Of a DNA stretch of 64,000 bases, positions 49,820-59,055 are shown one piece after another. The stretch lies in NCBI GenBank assembly GCA_963809665.1, contig CAWEKC010000001.1:6852-70851 (forward strand). The letters run 5' to 3'. Source of the DNA: Candidatus Gottesmanbacteria bacterium (lineage in GTDB: Bacteria > Patescibacteriota > Microgenomatia > UBA10105 > UBA927). Positions within the stretch are counted from its first letter, which is position 1. The number at the start of each line of letters is the position of its first letter. Made by a program: the position numbers and the translations under genes. Below the pieces are notes generated by a model. The model worked only from the letters and a program-made list of their open reading frames with translations, was not told the DNA's origin and searched no databases.

Positions 49820-50748
49820 AAGAGTCTCCCGCGGGAAACACCGGATATGAGAATAAACAACGCACTCAAAAATAATATATGGGCTATATTATGTCCGGCG
49901 ATCCGTACGACCCGCCGGCGGCTGGAAATCCATGCATCAACAAGCAGTACTCCCATAAGAATGCCCACGAATGCGAATACTACATCGCGCGACGCCGTCG
50001 GGATATTAATAAGCGGCGAAGTATTTACGCTCTCAAATCCGCTGACTGCCGGCAGCTGTACCGGATTTGCAGAAGGGGCAGGAACATTCGCTTCTGCAGC
50101 TTCCTGCGGCACCTCAACCTGCCTCACCGGCAGGCTGGCCGGTTGGGCGGGGGGTGCAGGCGCGGCGGCTGCAAGTTCAGCAGGAGTGGTACCGAACATC
50201 TGAACCACAAGTGTTGTTTCTTCGCCGTTTAGCGTTCCGTTGACGACGGCAAACCCCACATCGCGATAGCCGGCCTTGAGTACATTATCGCGGTGTGATG
50301 GTGAAGCCATCCACGCATCAACAACACCCTGGCTGGTAGAGAAGTTTTTAGCCAGATTTTCCCCGGCTACCGTGTACTTGTATCCGGCACCGGTTATAAA
50401 ATCCCACGGTGTTGAGCCTGTCGGACTGTTATGCGCCCAATAATTTTTAGTAAACATATCCGCCGCCTTATTAGCTGCAGCCACGGAAAGCGTACTATTA
50501 ATCGTTACCGGAGAAAGTCCGGCCTCAGCCCGTTTGGCGTTTGTGTCGGTCAGGAGTTGCTGCACGTTAATATCCGTGGCATAGCCCAAAACTCCCGGTG
50601 CAACTTTATGGGCTGCACGGATTCCCAGATTAAAAAGGGCAAACAGAAGCACATACACCAATAGTGAATCTACGTGCAGTGCTTTAGCACGATGGTTATT
50701 CGTATGCTGTGGAATGAAAAAATGCAGCAGATAGTTAATCCGAGCCAT
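49816..50748 (-). CDS. CAP/SCP/PR1-like domain protein (YkwD-type) with an N-terminal signal anchor, a Pro/Ala-rich linker and a C-terminal TM segment
   Basis: 310 aa with ..YWAHNSPTGSTPWDF..GENLAKN..ASPSHRDNVL..VGFAVV.., the CAP-family signature. Confidence 0.55.
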   Translation of the reverse strand: MARINYLLHFFIPQHTNNHRAKALHVDSLLVYVLLFALFNLGIRAAHKVAPGVLGYATDINVQQLLTDTNAKRAEAGLSPVTINSTLSVAAANKAADMFTKNYWAHNSPTGSTPWDFITGAGYKYTVAGENLAKNFSTSQGVVDAWMASPSHRDNVLKAGYRDVGFAVVNGTLNGEETTLVVQMFGTTPAELAAAAPAPPAQPASLPVRQVEVPQEAAEANVPAPSANPVQLPAVSGFESVNTSPLINIPTASRDVVFAFVGILMGVLLVDAWISSRRRVVRIAGHNIAHILFLSALFILISGVSRGRLL

Positions 50749-50794
50749 ACATATCCATCATATAGCACCTTGAAGCCAAAACGCCAGTCCCTGA

Positions 50795-51379
50795 TCAGGG
50801 CGTCTCTGTGGGAGTCACTTCCTGTTGACCCAGAATAATAACGATCTGGGTTTCTTTGCTGCTGCTGTCTTCGGAGATGGCGAGCGATCCGTTCCACTGT
50901 CCTTTTTCAACTGTCTCACTCGTTGTTCCGCCTGCCGTATAGGTAGTACTTATCGTCCAGCCCCCGCTTGCAAACTGTTCTTTATAATAAGTTACGACTT
51001 TATCAGGAGAGTCGGCCGTCGTCATTGTCATCCAAAATCCGTTGTTTTGCCCAGCTTCCGCCCCGGACATAGCGCTTGCTACTTTGGCGCCCGGGTACAG
51101 CGGAAAATCCTTCGGGAATAAATCCGGCACTTTGCCACTTCCGATATCGACTTTTGCACCGGTTTTGGGGTCGGTGAATGTCACCTTACCTTTTTCGAGA
51201 TCTGAAATATTGGTCGTTATCCCCGTCTTGTTTTCGATAACGCCCTGAATCGCATTTTTCGCAAAAAACTTAAAAAAGACCGTTAATCCCAAACCAATAA
51301 GTATGATGAGAACGAGGCATCCGATACCGACAAACACTATCGGGTTTGTCTTTTTCACTGCAGGTTGTATTTCTGGCAT
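50795..51379 (-). CDS. Hypothetical membrane-anchored protein (single N-terminal TM, extracytoplasmic domain)
   Basis: 194 aa; TM at ..IVFVGIGCLVLIILIGLGLTVFF..; no recognisable domain. Confidence 0.4.
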   Translation of the reverse strand: MPEIQPAVKKTNPIVFVGIGCLVLIILIGLGLTVFFKFFAKNAIQGVIENKTGITTNISDLEKGKVTFTDPKTGAKVDIGSGKVPDLFPKDFPLYPGAKVASAMSGAEAGQNNGFWMTMTTADSPDKVVTYYKEQFASGGWTISTTYTAGGTTSETVEKGQWNGSLAISEDSSSKETQIVIILGQQEVTPTETP

Positions 51380-51406
51380 ATATTCTCCTTTTCTACATTG
51401 TTATCA

Positions 51407-51715
51407 CTAATACTTCGGCAATACAAGAGTCTTTTTCCCGTTCACCGGTATATCCAATAAATACCCCAGTGTATTGGCAACGGACGCGCCCACACGAAGC
51501 CCTGTAAACGATCCCGGCCCGGTCGCTACCGAAATGGCAGTAATATCGGTTAGTTTAATCTTGTGCGCCAAAAGCATATCTTCAATCATCGGAAGTACCA
51601 TCTGGGATTTCAAAACCTTCGACTCCGATGTTTTTTCGAAGCGTTTTCCGTCAGTTTCCAGCGCAATACTCGCGGTATTAACTGCCGATGTGTCAATGAA
51701 AAGTGTAACGGACAT
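51407..51715 (-). CDS. tsaB: tRNA t6A threonylcarbamoyltransferase complex subunit TsaB, short form (N-terminal domain only, 102 aa)
   Basis: ..LFIDTSAVNTASIALETDGK..ISVATGPGSFTGLRVGASVANTLGY.. Adjacent to tsaC and tsaE. Confidence 0.65.
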   Translation of the reverse strand: MSVTLFIDTSAVNTASIALETDGKRFEKTSESKVLKSQMVLPMIEDMLLAHKIKLTDITAISVATGPGSFTGLRVGASVANTLGYLLDIPVNGKKTLVLPKY

Positions 51716-51718
51716 ATA

Positions 51719-52279
51719 TTATAATTTTACCGCTCCCCGGCGGATTATTTTATACGGGTTTACCGAACAGTCTACCACAGTTGACGCCTGTTTGACCGTA
51801 CACTCGCCGGGCACAACGTAATCCACCATCTTAACCAGTTCAGGATTAAGGTCCGCGGTAGAGTAGGGGGTGGAATCCCCGTGAAAATTTGCGGACGGGC
51901 CTAAAACCGGTACACCCACTTCTTCAATGATTTTAAGAATTTCCGGGTGGTTAGGCATCCGGAGCCCGATAGTTTTTCCACCGGCGCGGATAGGGGAGTA
52001 GACAGCATTTGTTTTGCATGGGGTTACTATCGTCAATGCTCCCGGCCAATATTCCTTCATTAAACGTCGTACAATATCTGAAGGGGAATCGAGATAGGCA
52101 AGTGCAGTTTCTATTGAATTCACAAGTACCGGCATCTGCTGCGTCGTAGGACGACGTCTGATTGTAAACAATCGATCGACCGCGTCATGATTATCTATCC
52201 TGCACCCTATGCCGAAGGCCGTATCCGTGGGAAATATGATAATTCCGCCATTTTTCACTATTTCTACCACATCTTTCAT
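51719..52279 (-). CDS. tsaC: L-threonylcarbamoyladenylate synthase (YrdC/Sua5 family)
   Basis: 186 aa with ..GGIIIFPTDTAFGIGC..PGALTIV..GKTIGLRMPNHP..GPSANFHGDSTPYSTADL.. Confidence 0.75.
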   Translation of the reverse strand: MKDVVEIVKNGGIIIFPTDTAFGIGCRIDNHDAVDRLFTIRRRPTTQQMPVLVNSIETALAYLDSPSDIVRRLMKEYWPGALTIVTPCKTNAVYSPIRAGGKTIGLRMPNHPEILKIIEEVGVPVLGPSANFHGDSTPYSTADLNPELVKMVDYVVPGECTVKQASTVVDCSVNPYKIIRRGAVKL

Positions 52280-52725
52280 GCCAATCCCTCCACTGTAATA
52301 ACGTGTGAGTCATCCTGTGCGGTCGTAAAACGGACATCTACACGGTTCCCGGGAAGCAGACTTCCCAGCCGCTCAGCCCACTCAATAACCGTGAATGAGG
52401 CTAAATCTGAAAAAACCTCCGGAAGCCCGATTCCTTCCAACTCCGATACAATGTGCAGCCGGTATAAGTCTACGTGGTAAAGATAATATTGTTTCTTAGG
52501 TATTTGATAACGTCGCACAATAATGAAGGTAGGGGAAAGTAATCGGGAAGTAATTCCTAAACCGCGGGCAAATCCCTGCGTAAAGGTGGTCTTGCCGCTC
52601 CCTAACTGTCCGTAAAGGCACAGAATACGGGGGCCTCCTCTATCCCCTAGATATAGAGCCAACTCTTCACCCGCACGCGCAGTTTCTTCGGACTTTTTGG
52701 TAATAATTTTATTATGGAAATCCAT
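52276..52725 (-). CDS. tsaE: tRNA t6A threonylcarbamoyltransferase complex ATPase subunit TsaE
   Basis: 149 aa with Walker A LYGQLGSGKTTFTQG and ..YHVDLYRL.. Confidence 0.7.
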   Translation of the reverse strand: MDFHNKIITKKSEETARAGEELALYLGDRGGPRILCLYGQLGSGKTTFTQGFARGLGITSRLLSPTFIIVRRYQIPKKQYYLYHVDLYRLHIVSELEGIGLPEVFSDLASFTVIEWAERLGSLLPGNRVDVRFTTAQDDSHVITVEGLA

Positions 52726-53030
52726 GCAAGTAACGCTCCCAGCGAGTCAATTATAACATCACGCAGAGTCCCCTCACGGGTGACGACAAAAAGTTGATGT
52801 ATTTCGTCGGAAGCGGCATAGAGAATTGTAATTATAAATGACGTCACGGGATTCTTTGTGGCCCGAAACGTCAGAATATACAAAAATGCATATTCGAGGA
52901 CATGAAGCGACTTAAAAAAGATGAAATTGACCGAATACTGGGACGATACGGTAATACGTGTCCGTGTTGAAAAGAAAAATATAATTGCCATCCAGAGAAC
53001 CACCGGCCCCCACAAACGGATGATTTTCAT
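52647..53030 (-). CDS. VanZ-like family membrane protein
   Basis: 127 aa, 4 TM helices, ..ILYAASDEIHQLFVVTREGTLRDVIIDSLGALLAW.. The 3' 79 nt overlap the tsaE start. Confidence 0.55.
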   Translation of the reverse strand: MKIIRLWGPVVLWMAIIFFFSTRTRITVSSQYSVNFIFFKSLHVLEYAFLYILTFRATKNPVTSFIITILYAASDEIHQLFVVTREGTLRDVIIDSLGALLAWISIIKLLPKSPKKLRVRVKSWLYI

Positions 53031-53201
53031 TCTTCCAGTATACTAGAATTGCGCTTTTTCCACACAAAAACTACTGGACTCATGGAAGCTTTTGCAGGCC
53101 GGGCGGAAAAATTAATCCCCACAAAAAGGAGAACATAACCGCACATACGAAGAACCCGCATCATTTGAGTTCCCAGTATACAAAGTCAAAAAAGAAAAAT
53201 A

Positions 53202-53217
53202 TGTACGATGTCGTACA
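53202..53217 (-). terminator. Weak intrinsic terminator candidate after the coiled-coil hydrolase gene
   Basis: Hairpin tgtacg-atgt-cgtaca (6-bp stem). On the minus-strand transcript it is followed by a U-rich tract; plus strand 53187-53199 is aaaaaagaaaaat. It sits 15 nt past the stop at 53232. Confidence 0.3.
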
Positions 53218-53231
53218 AACTGCAGGGTTTT

Positions 53232-54437
53232 TTACATAGATATCCGGTCAATCTCATAAATGCTGTTGATCGGATAATGATCCGTAAACGAAATTTTGTG
53301 CCCGTCGGGAACAAAGGGATCATTCATCGTATAACTGCCGTTGGAACCGCTTACAAGTACGACAAAATGCGTGTCTCCGTTGGAATATCTTATTCCCACT
53401 ATAACAGGACGTCCTGAGCTCAATTCACCGTCAATTTCGGAGGCTATTCTGGTTGAAGTTGTGCCGTCGGCAACAATGGTCCGGTTTAAAAAGGCGGGAT
53501 AATATGATGCGAAATTTGACGGGTTCGCGTTGATAGTCAGCGGGGTTACGCTTTTGTGCCCGAAATGGGTGTATACCATGGCCATGGAAGTCACAAGACA
53601 CCCGTCCGAGGCTATACTGTACTGTGTATTATTGAGTGCTGCAGCCCCCCACTGGCTGTCTCTCTGGTTATAATAACACCCCCAGTCATCACAAACAGTC
53701 TGGTTTGATAGAATGCTGGCCCCTCCCTGATTGGACGCGAAGCTTGAAAATCCGGCAAGCTGCGCTTTGGCAGCCGCAAGAAGCTGCTGATAAATAGCTT
53801 CCTGACCCTGTGTTTCGGCCAGTAGCGTATTCTTTGCCTGCTTTTGTTGTGCCAGTTGCTTATTCTGTATTTCCAGCTGCGCCTGCACCTGCTCAAGTTG
53901 TTTCGATTTATCTTCCCGTATCTGTTTGCTGTCGTTGTAACTGTTTTGCGTTGACTTCACCTGAAATACAAGCGCGGCGTCTTCCTGCTGAACCGCCTGG
54001 ATGTATTTTACCCGGTTAATCAGATCCGATACATTACGGCTGAAAAGAAGTATGCCGAATTGCGGTGCAACGGACCGTTTATACGCCTCGGGAATTCGGT
54101 GAAGGAGGAGCGGCAGCCGTACGTTCAAAACATCTTCAAGACGTTTCACCTCATTCTCCAGTTTCGTAATTTCATCAAGCAGCGTATTAATCTTCGTCTG
54201 TGTCGCCTCAATCCGGATCGTCGTCAGCTTGATCTGGTTATCCATATAGCTGATCTCTCCGGAGAGTGTATTTTCCTGATTTTTGCAGGAAGTGACCAGA
54301 TTGCTGTAACAATCCGCTCGTTTTGAAAGATCGCTTTCGCCCGCACACGGGTCGCCTTCGCATGATTGGGCAAAAATCCTAAGAGGAAATAGGAAGAAAA
54401 GTGCAATAAATATCCCAATCCATATTCGTTTGTTCAT
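53232..54437 (-). CDS. Secreted coiled-coil protein with a C-terminal C39-like/papain-fold cysteine peptidase domain (PcsB/CwlO/RipC-like putative FtsEX-controlled cell-wall hydrolase)
   Basis: 401 aa. Signal peptide MNKRIWIGIFIALFFLFPLRIFAQS. About 170 aa of heptad-rich Q/E/K/L sequence. C-terminal ..CDDWGCYYNQRDSQWG..SDGCLVTSMAMVYTHFG..VIVGIRYSNGDTHFVVL.. with the Cys and His placed as in C39-like peptidases. Immediately downstream of ftsE and ftsX. Confidence 0.55.
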   Translation of the reverse strand: MNKRIWIGIFIALFFLFPLRIFAQSCEGDPCAGESDLSKRADCYSNLVTSCKNQENTLSGEISYMDNQIKLTTIRIEATQTKINTLLDEITKLENEVKRLEDVLNVRLPLLLHRIPEAYKRSVAPQFGILLFSRNVSDLINRVKYIQAVQQEDAALVFQVKSTQNSYNDSKQIREDKSKQLEQVQAQLEIQNKQLAQQKQAKNTLLAETQGQEAIYQQLLAAAKAQLAGFSSFASNQGGASILSNQTVCDDWGCYYNQRDSQWGAAALNNTQYSIASDGCLVTSMAMVYTHFGHKSVTPLTINANPSNFASYYPAFLNRTIVADGTTSTRIASEIDGELSSGRPVIVGIRYSNGDTHFVVLVSGSNGSYTMNDPFVPDGHKISFTDHYPINSIYEIDRISM

Positions 54438-54444
54438 GCATGCG

Positions 54445-55357
54445 TCAGAACTTTAAATATCGCCCGAGGGCAATAAGACTTCCTACACTTCCCAGGAAAA
54501 ATCCGATAAGAAGCATTGCCCCCAAAAATCCGCCTACCGCCAGCAGAAAGGGCGCAGCTGTGATGCTCCCCATAACAACGCCGATGGCGGGAATCATGCC
54601 CAGGAATGACAGTGCGGCCGGCCGGATCCAGATGACCAGCCCGGTAATAATCATCCACGCCATGAATGCGCCCGATGCCCCGTAAAACCCGCCCTCCATA
54701 ATAAACGGCATGCGGATATACCAGGGGCTCGCACCGACCAGTTTGAGGATCTCGATTTCTTCTTTTTTAAGCGCTATTTTCATGCTTACGACCGTCATGA
54801 TGATAAGAAGCGAATCAATCGCCAAAAGGATTGCCAGCGACCCGCCTACAATACGTATGGCATTCGTCCAGGAAAGAAGCGTATCCACCACATCTTTCTG
54901 GAAAACCACCTCTTCTACTCCCTGCGCCTTCCGGATAATAGGATCAAGCTCGTTTAAAAATGCCGGATCTTTGGCGGATACTTCCAGCGATGCGGGAAGA
55001 ATATCTGCCGTTACCATCTCCAAGCAGTAACGGATCGCTCTTATTCTGCTCGCGGTAAATCGCCAGGGCATCCTCTTTGGAAACGTATTTCATTGAAGAT
55101 ACTTTTCCTGTTGCGTCCAGTGTCTTTTCCAAAGTTTTAGAGTCATCTAGTGTTGCCTTGTCAGTGAAAAATACCGTAATCTGCGGCTTGCTTTCAAAAA
55201 ACTGCAGAACGAGAACCGAGGAAACGGTCGCAAGGAAAAATAATCCTCCCAGAAGAAATGTCAGGAACATCGTGAGAATCGCCGCCATTGCCTGATACGG
55301 GCTGCGCCTGACATGAGTCCAGGTACTAGGAATGAGTCGCATGTTTCTCCTTTGCAT
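54445..55357 (-). pseudogene. ftsX: Cell-division ABC transporter permease FtsX, reading frame broken by a 1-nt insertion at a GG near 55040-55045 (probably a consensus error)
   Basis: ORF 54944-55357 is the N-terminal TM1 plus periplasmic domain, ending ..KSDPLLLGDGNG.. ORF 54445-55071 carries the rest, including TM2-4. Reading ctt-gag-atg instead of ctt-gga-gat-g joins them as ..NKSDPLLLEMVTADILPASLEV.. Confidence 0.65.
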
Positions 55358-56039
55358 GTTTCACGGGATACTTGCCGTGAGCTTCATCATTGACGAGTTT
55401 TCCCGCGGTCAGGGTAATCGTACGCTTTTTAAAATTATTCACGATATTTGCGTTGTGGGTCGCCATAACTATCGTGGTGCCGATTTTATTAATTTCGTTT
55501 AATATATCTAAAACTTCCCAGGAAGTTTCCGGGTCCAGATTCCCCGTGGGTTCATCTGCCAGCAGTATGGACGGTCCGCCGACTATTGCGCGGGCAATAC
55601 CCGTCCGCTGCATTTCACCGGCAGCCAGCTGCAACGGGAATGAATTTTTTTTACCGGCAAGCCCCACAAGCTCCAGCACATCCAATACCCGTGTTTGAAT
55701 TTCTTTATCGGATTTCCCCAGTATCTCGAGGCCCAGGGCAACGTTTTCAAACACCGTCCGGTCAGTGAGGAGTTTAAAATCCTGGAACACCGTCCCGACT
55801 TTACGGCGCAGCAGATGAATTTTAGGAGCGGGAAGCGTATTGACATGCCAGTTATCTATATGAATGTTTCCGGTCGTGGGCAGTAAATCCCGGATAAGAA
55901 GCCGGAGCATCGTGGTTTTGCCGGCACCTGACGGCCCGATAAGAAAGACAAACTCACCGTCAGGAATTTCTACGGTAACATCGGACAACGCATGCACGTG
56001 CCCGGGATATTGTTTCGTAACATGGTCGAATCGAATCAT
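55326..56039 (-). CDS. ftsE: Cell-division ABC transporter ATP-binding protein FtsE
   Basis: 237 aa with Walker A GPSGAGKTT, signature LAAGEMQRTGIARAI and Walker B ILLADEPTGNLD. Confidence 0.8.
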   Translation of the reverse strand: MIRFDHVTKQYPGHVHALSDVTVEIPDGEFVFLIGPSGAGKTTMLRLLIRDLLPTTGNIHIDNWHVNTLPAPKIHLLRRKVGTVFQDFKLLTDRTVFENVALGLEILGKSDKEIQTRVLDVLELVGLAGKKNSFPLQLAAGEMQRTGIARAIVGGPSILLADEPTGNLDPETSWEVLDILNEINKIGTTIVMATHNANIVNNFKKRTITLTAGKLVNDEAHGKYPVKHAKEKHATHS

Positions 56040-56045
56040 TGCTGC

Positions 56046-56531
56046 TTACTGAAGTTCTATTCTCCCGACATCCATGAGCCATGCGGCTTTTTGGGCTGCC
56101 ATCGTCTGTCCGAATACTTTTACTTTTTTACCGACGTATTGGTCAAGGTCTACGACAGAAGATAGAAGAGTAACTGTTTGGGACGGACCGCCGTCGCGGA
56201 CAAGACTGTGTGTGCCTTCCCCGTCGGTGCCGCCTTTCTGGATAACGCCCACAGCGGTATCTTTAAACGTCGTCGTATCGCTGCTTCCGGAGACTTTATC
56301 TGCAGCAACATTAGCCGGTAATCCGCCTGTACCGGTAACCGTAGCACGTGATAACAGATATCCGGTGCCGATACCCAAAAGTGCCAGAAGCACATACACA
56401 CCGATAATCATGCGTGAAGAGCGAGTTTTCATTACTGTATCTCCTTTTTTTACCGGATCAATGGGTTCCACAATCGGCGCATCTTCAGTATCTGCCGCCG
56501 GTGCATTTTTCATTTTCTCCTGAGTCTTCAT
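56046..56531 (-). CDS. Hypothetical membrane-anchored protein
   Basis: 161 aa with a charged N-terminus, one TM (IIGVYVLLALLGIGTGYLL) and a Gly/Thr-rich extracytoplasmic tail. Confidence 0.4.
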   Translation of the reverse strand: MKTQEKMKNAPAADTEDAPIVEPIDPVKKGDTVMKTRSSRMIIGVYVLLALLGIGTGYLLSRATVTGTGGLPANVAADKVSGSSDTTTFKDTAVGVIQKGGTDGEGTHSLVRDGGPSQTVTLLSSVVDLDQYVGKKVKVFGQTMAAQKAAWLMDVGRIELQ

Positions 56532-56565
56532 ACGATTTGACTCCCTGTGACCTCATTATCAATGG

Positions 56566-57576
56566 TTACGATATTTTTTTCAAGTACGCGATGATAAAAT
56601 CGTCAAGATCTCCGTCCAGTACGCGATCGGTGTTACTGGTTTCAACCCCTGTCCGTAAATCTTTCACCATATGGTACGGGTGAAGTACATAGGAACGGAT
56701 CTGGTTCCCCCATCCCGGTGTCTTATAAACACCGCGAATATTTTTCTCTTCCGAAAGGCGCTTCGCCTGTTCTTTTTCCCATAATTTAGCACGGAGTACT
56801 TTCAGGGCATATTCGCGGTTTTGGCCCTGATACCGCTGCGCCTGGCTCGTAACGATGATACCCGTCGGCTTATGCAACAGGCGGACGGCAGTGGACACCT
56901 TATTGACGTTCTGGCCGCCCTTGCCGCCGCTCCGGTAAAAATCCCACACCAGATCATCATCTTTAATATTCACCGCGGCATTATCCTCAAGAACCGGAAG
57001 TACCTCCGTCATGGCAAATGAGGTCTGACGCAGTTTATCCGCATTAAACGGTGACTGGCGAACCAACCGGTGCACCCCGGCTTCAGCTTTTAAAAATCCG
57101 TAGGCATACGCTCCGCTAACCGTTACCGTAACGCTTTTAATTCCTGCCTCATCACCGGGCGTGTAATCGATTTCTTCGGAAGACCAGCCTTTCCGCTCAA
57201 TATAGCGCGTATACATGCGATAAAGCATGCTTGTCCAATCCATGGCCTCGGTGCCTCCCTGACCCGAATGGATGGCAAAAATCGCATCTCCGCGGTCGTA
57301 CGGGCCCGACAAATACAGGGCAAATTCCATCCTGTCAAGCTCGCGCGAGAGATCTTTTTCGTTCCCTTCAGTAATATACAGCGCGAGCATTTCCCCTTCC
57401 TCTATCTCCTTTTGGAGTGCCGCCATTTCTTTCATCTTTTTCGTTGCTGTCTGATTATCTTTCCAGAAGTCAGGGTGGCTGCTGAGCGCTTCAATCTCTC
57501 TGACGGCCTTACGTTTCCCGTCCAAATCGAGTTTAGTAATAAGTTCGCGGGCACGGGTAGTTAATGATTCATCCAT
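56566..57576 (-). CDS. prfB: Peptide chain release factor 2, encoded in a single frame (no programmed +1 frameshift)
   Basis: 336 aa with the SPF tripeptide (..[11 protein letters not shown]..) and GGQ motif (..[27 protein letters not shown]..). The N-terminus aligns with pre- and post-shift E. coli RF2 sequence with no frame change. Confidence 0.85.
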   Translation of the reverse strand: MDESLTTRARELITKLDLDGKRKAVREIEALSSHPDFWKDNQTATKKMKEMAALQKEIEEGEMLALYITEGNEKDLSRELDRMEFALYLSGPYDRGDAIFAIHSGQGGTEAMDWTSMLYRMYTRYIERKGWSSEEIDYTPGDEAGIKSVTVTVSGAYAYGFLKAEAGVHRLVRQSPFNADKLRQTSFAMTEVLPVLEDNAAVNIKDDDLVWDFYRSGGKGGQNVNKVSTAVRLLHKPTGIIVTSQAQRYQGQNREYALKVLRAKLWEKEQAKRLSEEKNIRGVYKTPGWGNQIRSYVLHPYHMVKDLRTGVETSNTDRVLDGDLDDFIIAYLKKIS

Positions 57577-57581
57577 GAGGC

Positions 57582-58394
57582 TTATTTTATCATGAGTGAG
57601 AGAAGAAATATCAGGATGGCGATGATGACGATAGTGCCACCCGAAGACAGGTCGAAATAGAATGAAATAATAATACCGCTCACCACGGAAAAAAGAGATA
57701 CCAGTTCCGCAATAATAATCGTTTGCAGAAAACTTTTTTTAAACTGCAGTGCGGTAATAACCGGTATAACAACAAGTGCCGCAATCAACAGAACACCCAC
57801 GATGGGGATGGCAACGGCAACCGTAAACGCCGCCAGGGTGATAAGCAGGAGATTCATGTACCGGGTCGGGATCCCTGCTACGGTCGCCGACTCCTCATCA
57901 AACGTGAGGTATACGAGTTCCTTGTAGAATGCGATAACAGCGCCTACTACAACCAATCCCAATCCCGCGATAATAAAAATATCTGATTGTTTCACGGTAA
58001 GGATGCTTCCGAAAAGATAATTGAAAATATCAACATTAAATCCGCGGCCGAAACTGATAAGAATAATCGCTATGGCTAAACTTCCGGACAAAAATAGTGA
58101 CAGCGCAGATTCCCCGTATACTTTTTTGGACAACCGCAGCCGTTCTATGGCAAAAGATGAAATAACGGCGGTCGCAATTGCAGTAATAAGCGGATTAATG
58201 CCTACGAGCAGTCCGATTGCAACTCCTGCAAGCGAAACATGAGCAAGCGTATCGGCGATGAGCGAATACCGCCGGAGCACCAAAAACGTACCGATAAGCG
58301 GGGCAATTAAGGCGACAATAACACCCGCCTCCATGGCCCGGATGACAAATGAATACTGAAACAAATCAAACATACGGACACTCTTTCGTATCAC
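57582..58394 (-). CDS. znuB: Metal (Zn/Mn) ABC transporter permease, ABC-3 family
   Basis: 270 aa, about 8 TM, typical ZnuB/MntB-like sequence. Confidence 0.7.
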   Translation of the reverse strand: MIRKSVRMFDLFQYSFVIRAMEAGVIVALIAPLIGTFLVLRRYSLIADTLAHVSLAGVAIGLLVGINPLITAIATAVISSFAIERLRLSKKVYGESALSLFLSGSLAIAIILISFGRGFNVDIFNYLFGSILTVKQSDIFIIAGLGLVVVGAVIAFYKELVYLTFDEESATVAGIPTRYMNLLLITLAAFTVAVAIPIVGVLLIAALVVIPVITALQFKKSFLQTIIIAELVSLFSVVSGIIISFYFDLSSGGTIVIIAILIFLLSLMIK

Positions 58395-59055
58395 CGTAAT
58401 ACATTAATTTTTGATTGATAACTGCGACGTGGGAAACCTCCCGCTTGACGACATCAAGGTCGTGGGCTATAAGAACGAGGGTTATCCCCAACTGCTGATT
58501 GAATTTCTTGAGTAACGAATAAAATTGTTTCTGGGAATTCTCATCGATCCCTGCGGTCGGTTCGTCCAAAAAAATGACGCGGGGATGCCCGCCACATATG
58601 GCTCTGGCGATAAACACCCGCTGCTGCTGGCCGCCGGATAAATTCCCGATGAGTACGTCTTTAAATTCTTCTAATCCGACCTGACGGATGGCTGTATCAA
58701 TAGCTTCCCTGTCCCCGTTCGTGAGTGGGCGCAGAAGCCCGCGCTGACCGATACGGCCCTGCGCTACCACTTCCGCGACTGTAATGGGAAATCCGGTGTC
58801 AAAATGCGTTGCGTTTTGCGCCAGATACCCGATGGAAGGAACAGATAATCGGATACTGCCGGAATCGGGCTTCAATAATCCGAGAATAAGTTTGAGAAGC
58901 GTCGTTTTTCCCCCGCCGTTGGGACCGATGATACCGAGATAGTCTCCTGCATGGATATCCAGAGTAACGTTTTTTACGGCATCTTCGACTCCGTTATATG
59001 TATAGGAAACATTATGAACCTCAATAACGTTTTTTGAATGATCTACTTGGCGCAT
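58366..59055 (-). CDS. znuC: Metal ABC transporter ATP-binding protein
   Basis: 229 aa with GPNGGGKTT, LSGGQQQRVFIARAI and IFLDEPTAGID. Confidence 0.75.
   Translation of the reverse strand: MRQVDHSKNVIEVHNVSYTYNGVEDAVKNVTLDIHAGDYLGIIGPNGGGKTTLLKLILGLLKPDSGSIRLSVPSIGYLAQNATHFDTGFPITVAEVVAQGRIGQRGLLRPLTNGDREAIDTAIRQVGLEEFKDVLIGNLSGGQQQRVFIARAICGGHPRVIFLDEPTAGIDENSQKQFYSLLKKFNQQLGITLVLIAHDLDVVKREVSHVAVINQKLMYYGDTKECPYV

Noticed and set aside
50789-50800. Palindrome ccctgaTCAggg at the stop of gene 50795-51379 as a terminator
   Set aside because: The stem is only 6 bp with no loop, and no U-tract follows on the minus-strand transcript. It is centred on the stop codon and is probably a coincidental symmetric sequence.
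56566-57620. Programmed +1 frameshift in prfB
   Set aside because: The whole RF2 homology, including the region equivalent to E. coli residues ~10-30, is in one frame from ATG 57574-57576. No in-frame TGA or upstream short ORF in the expected context was found.
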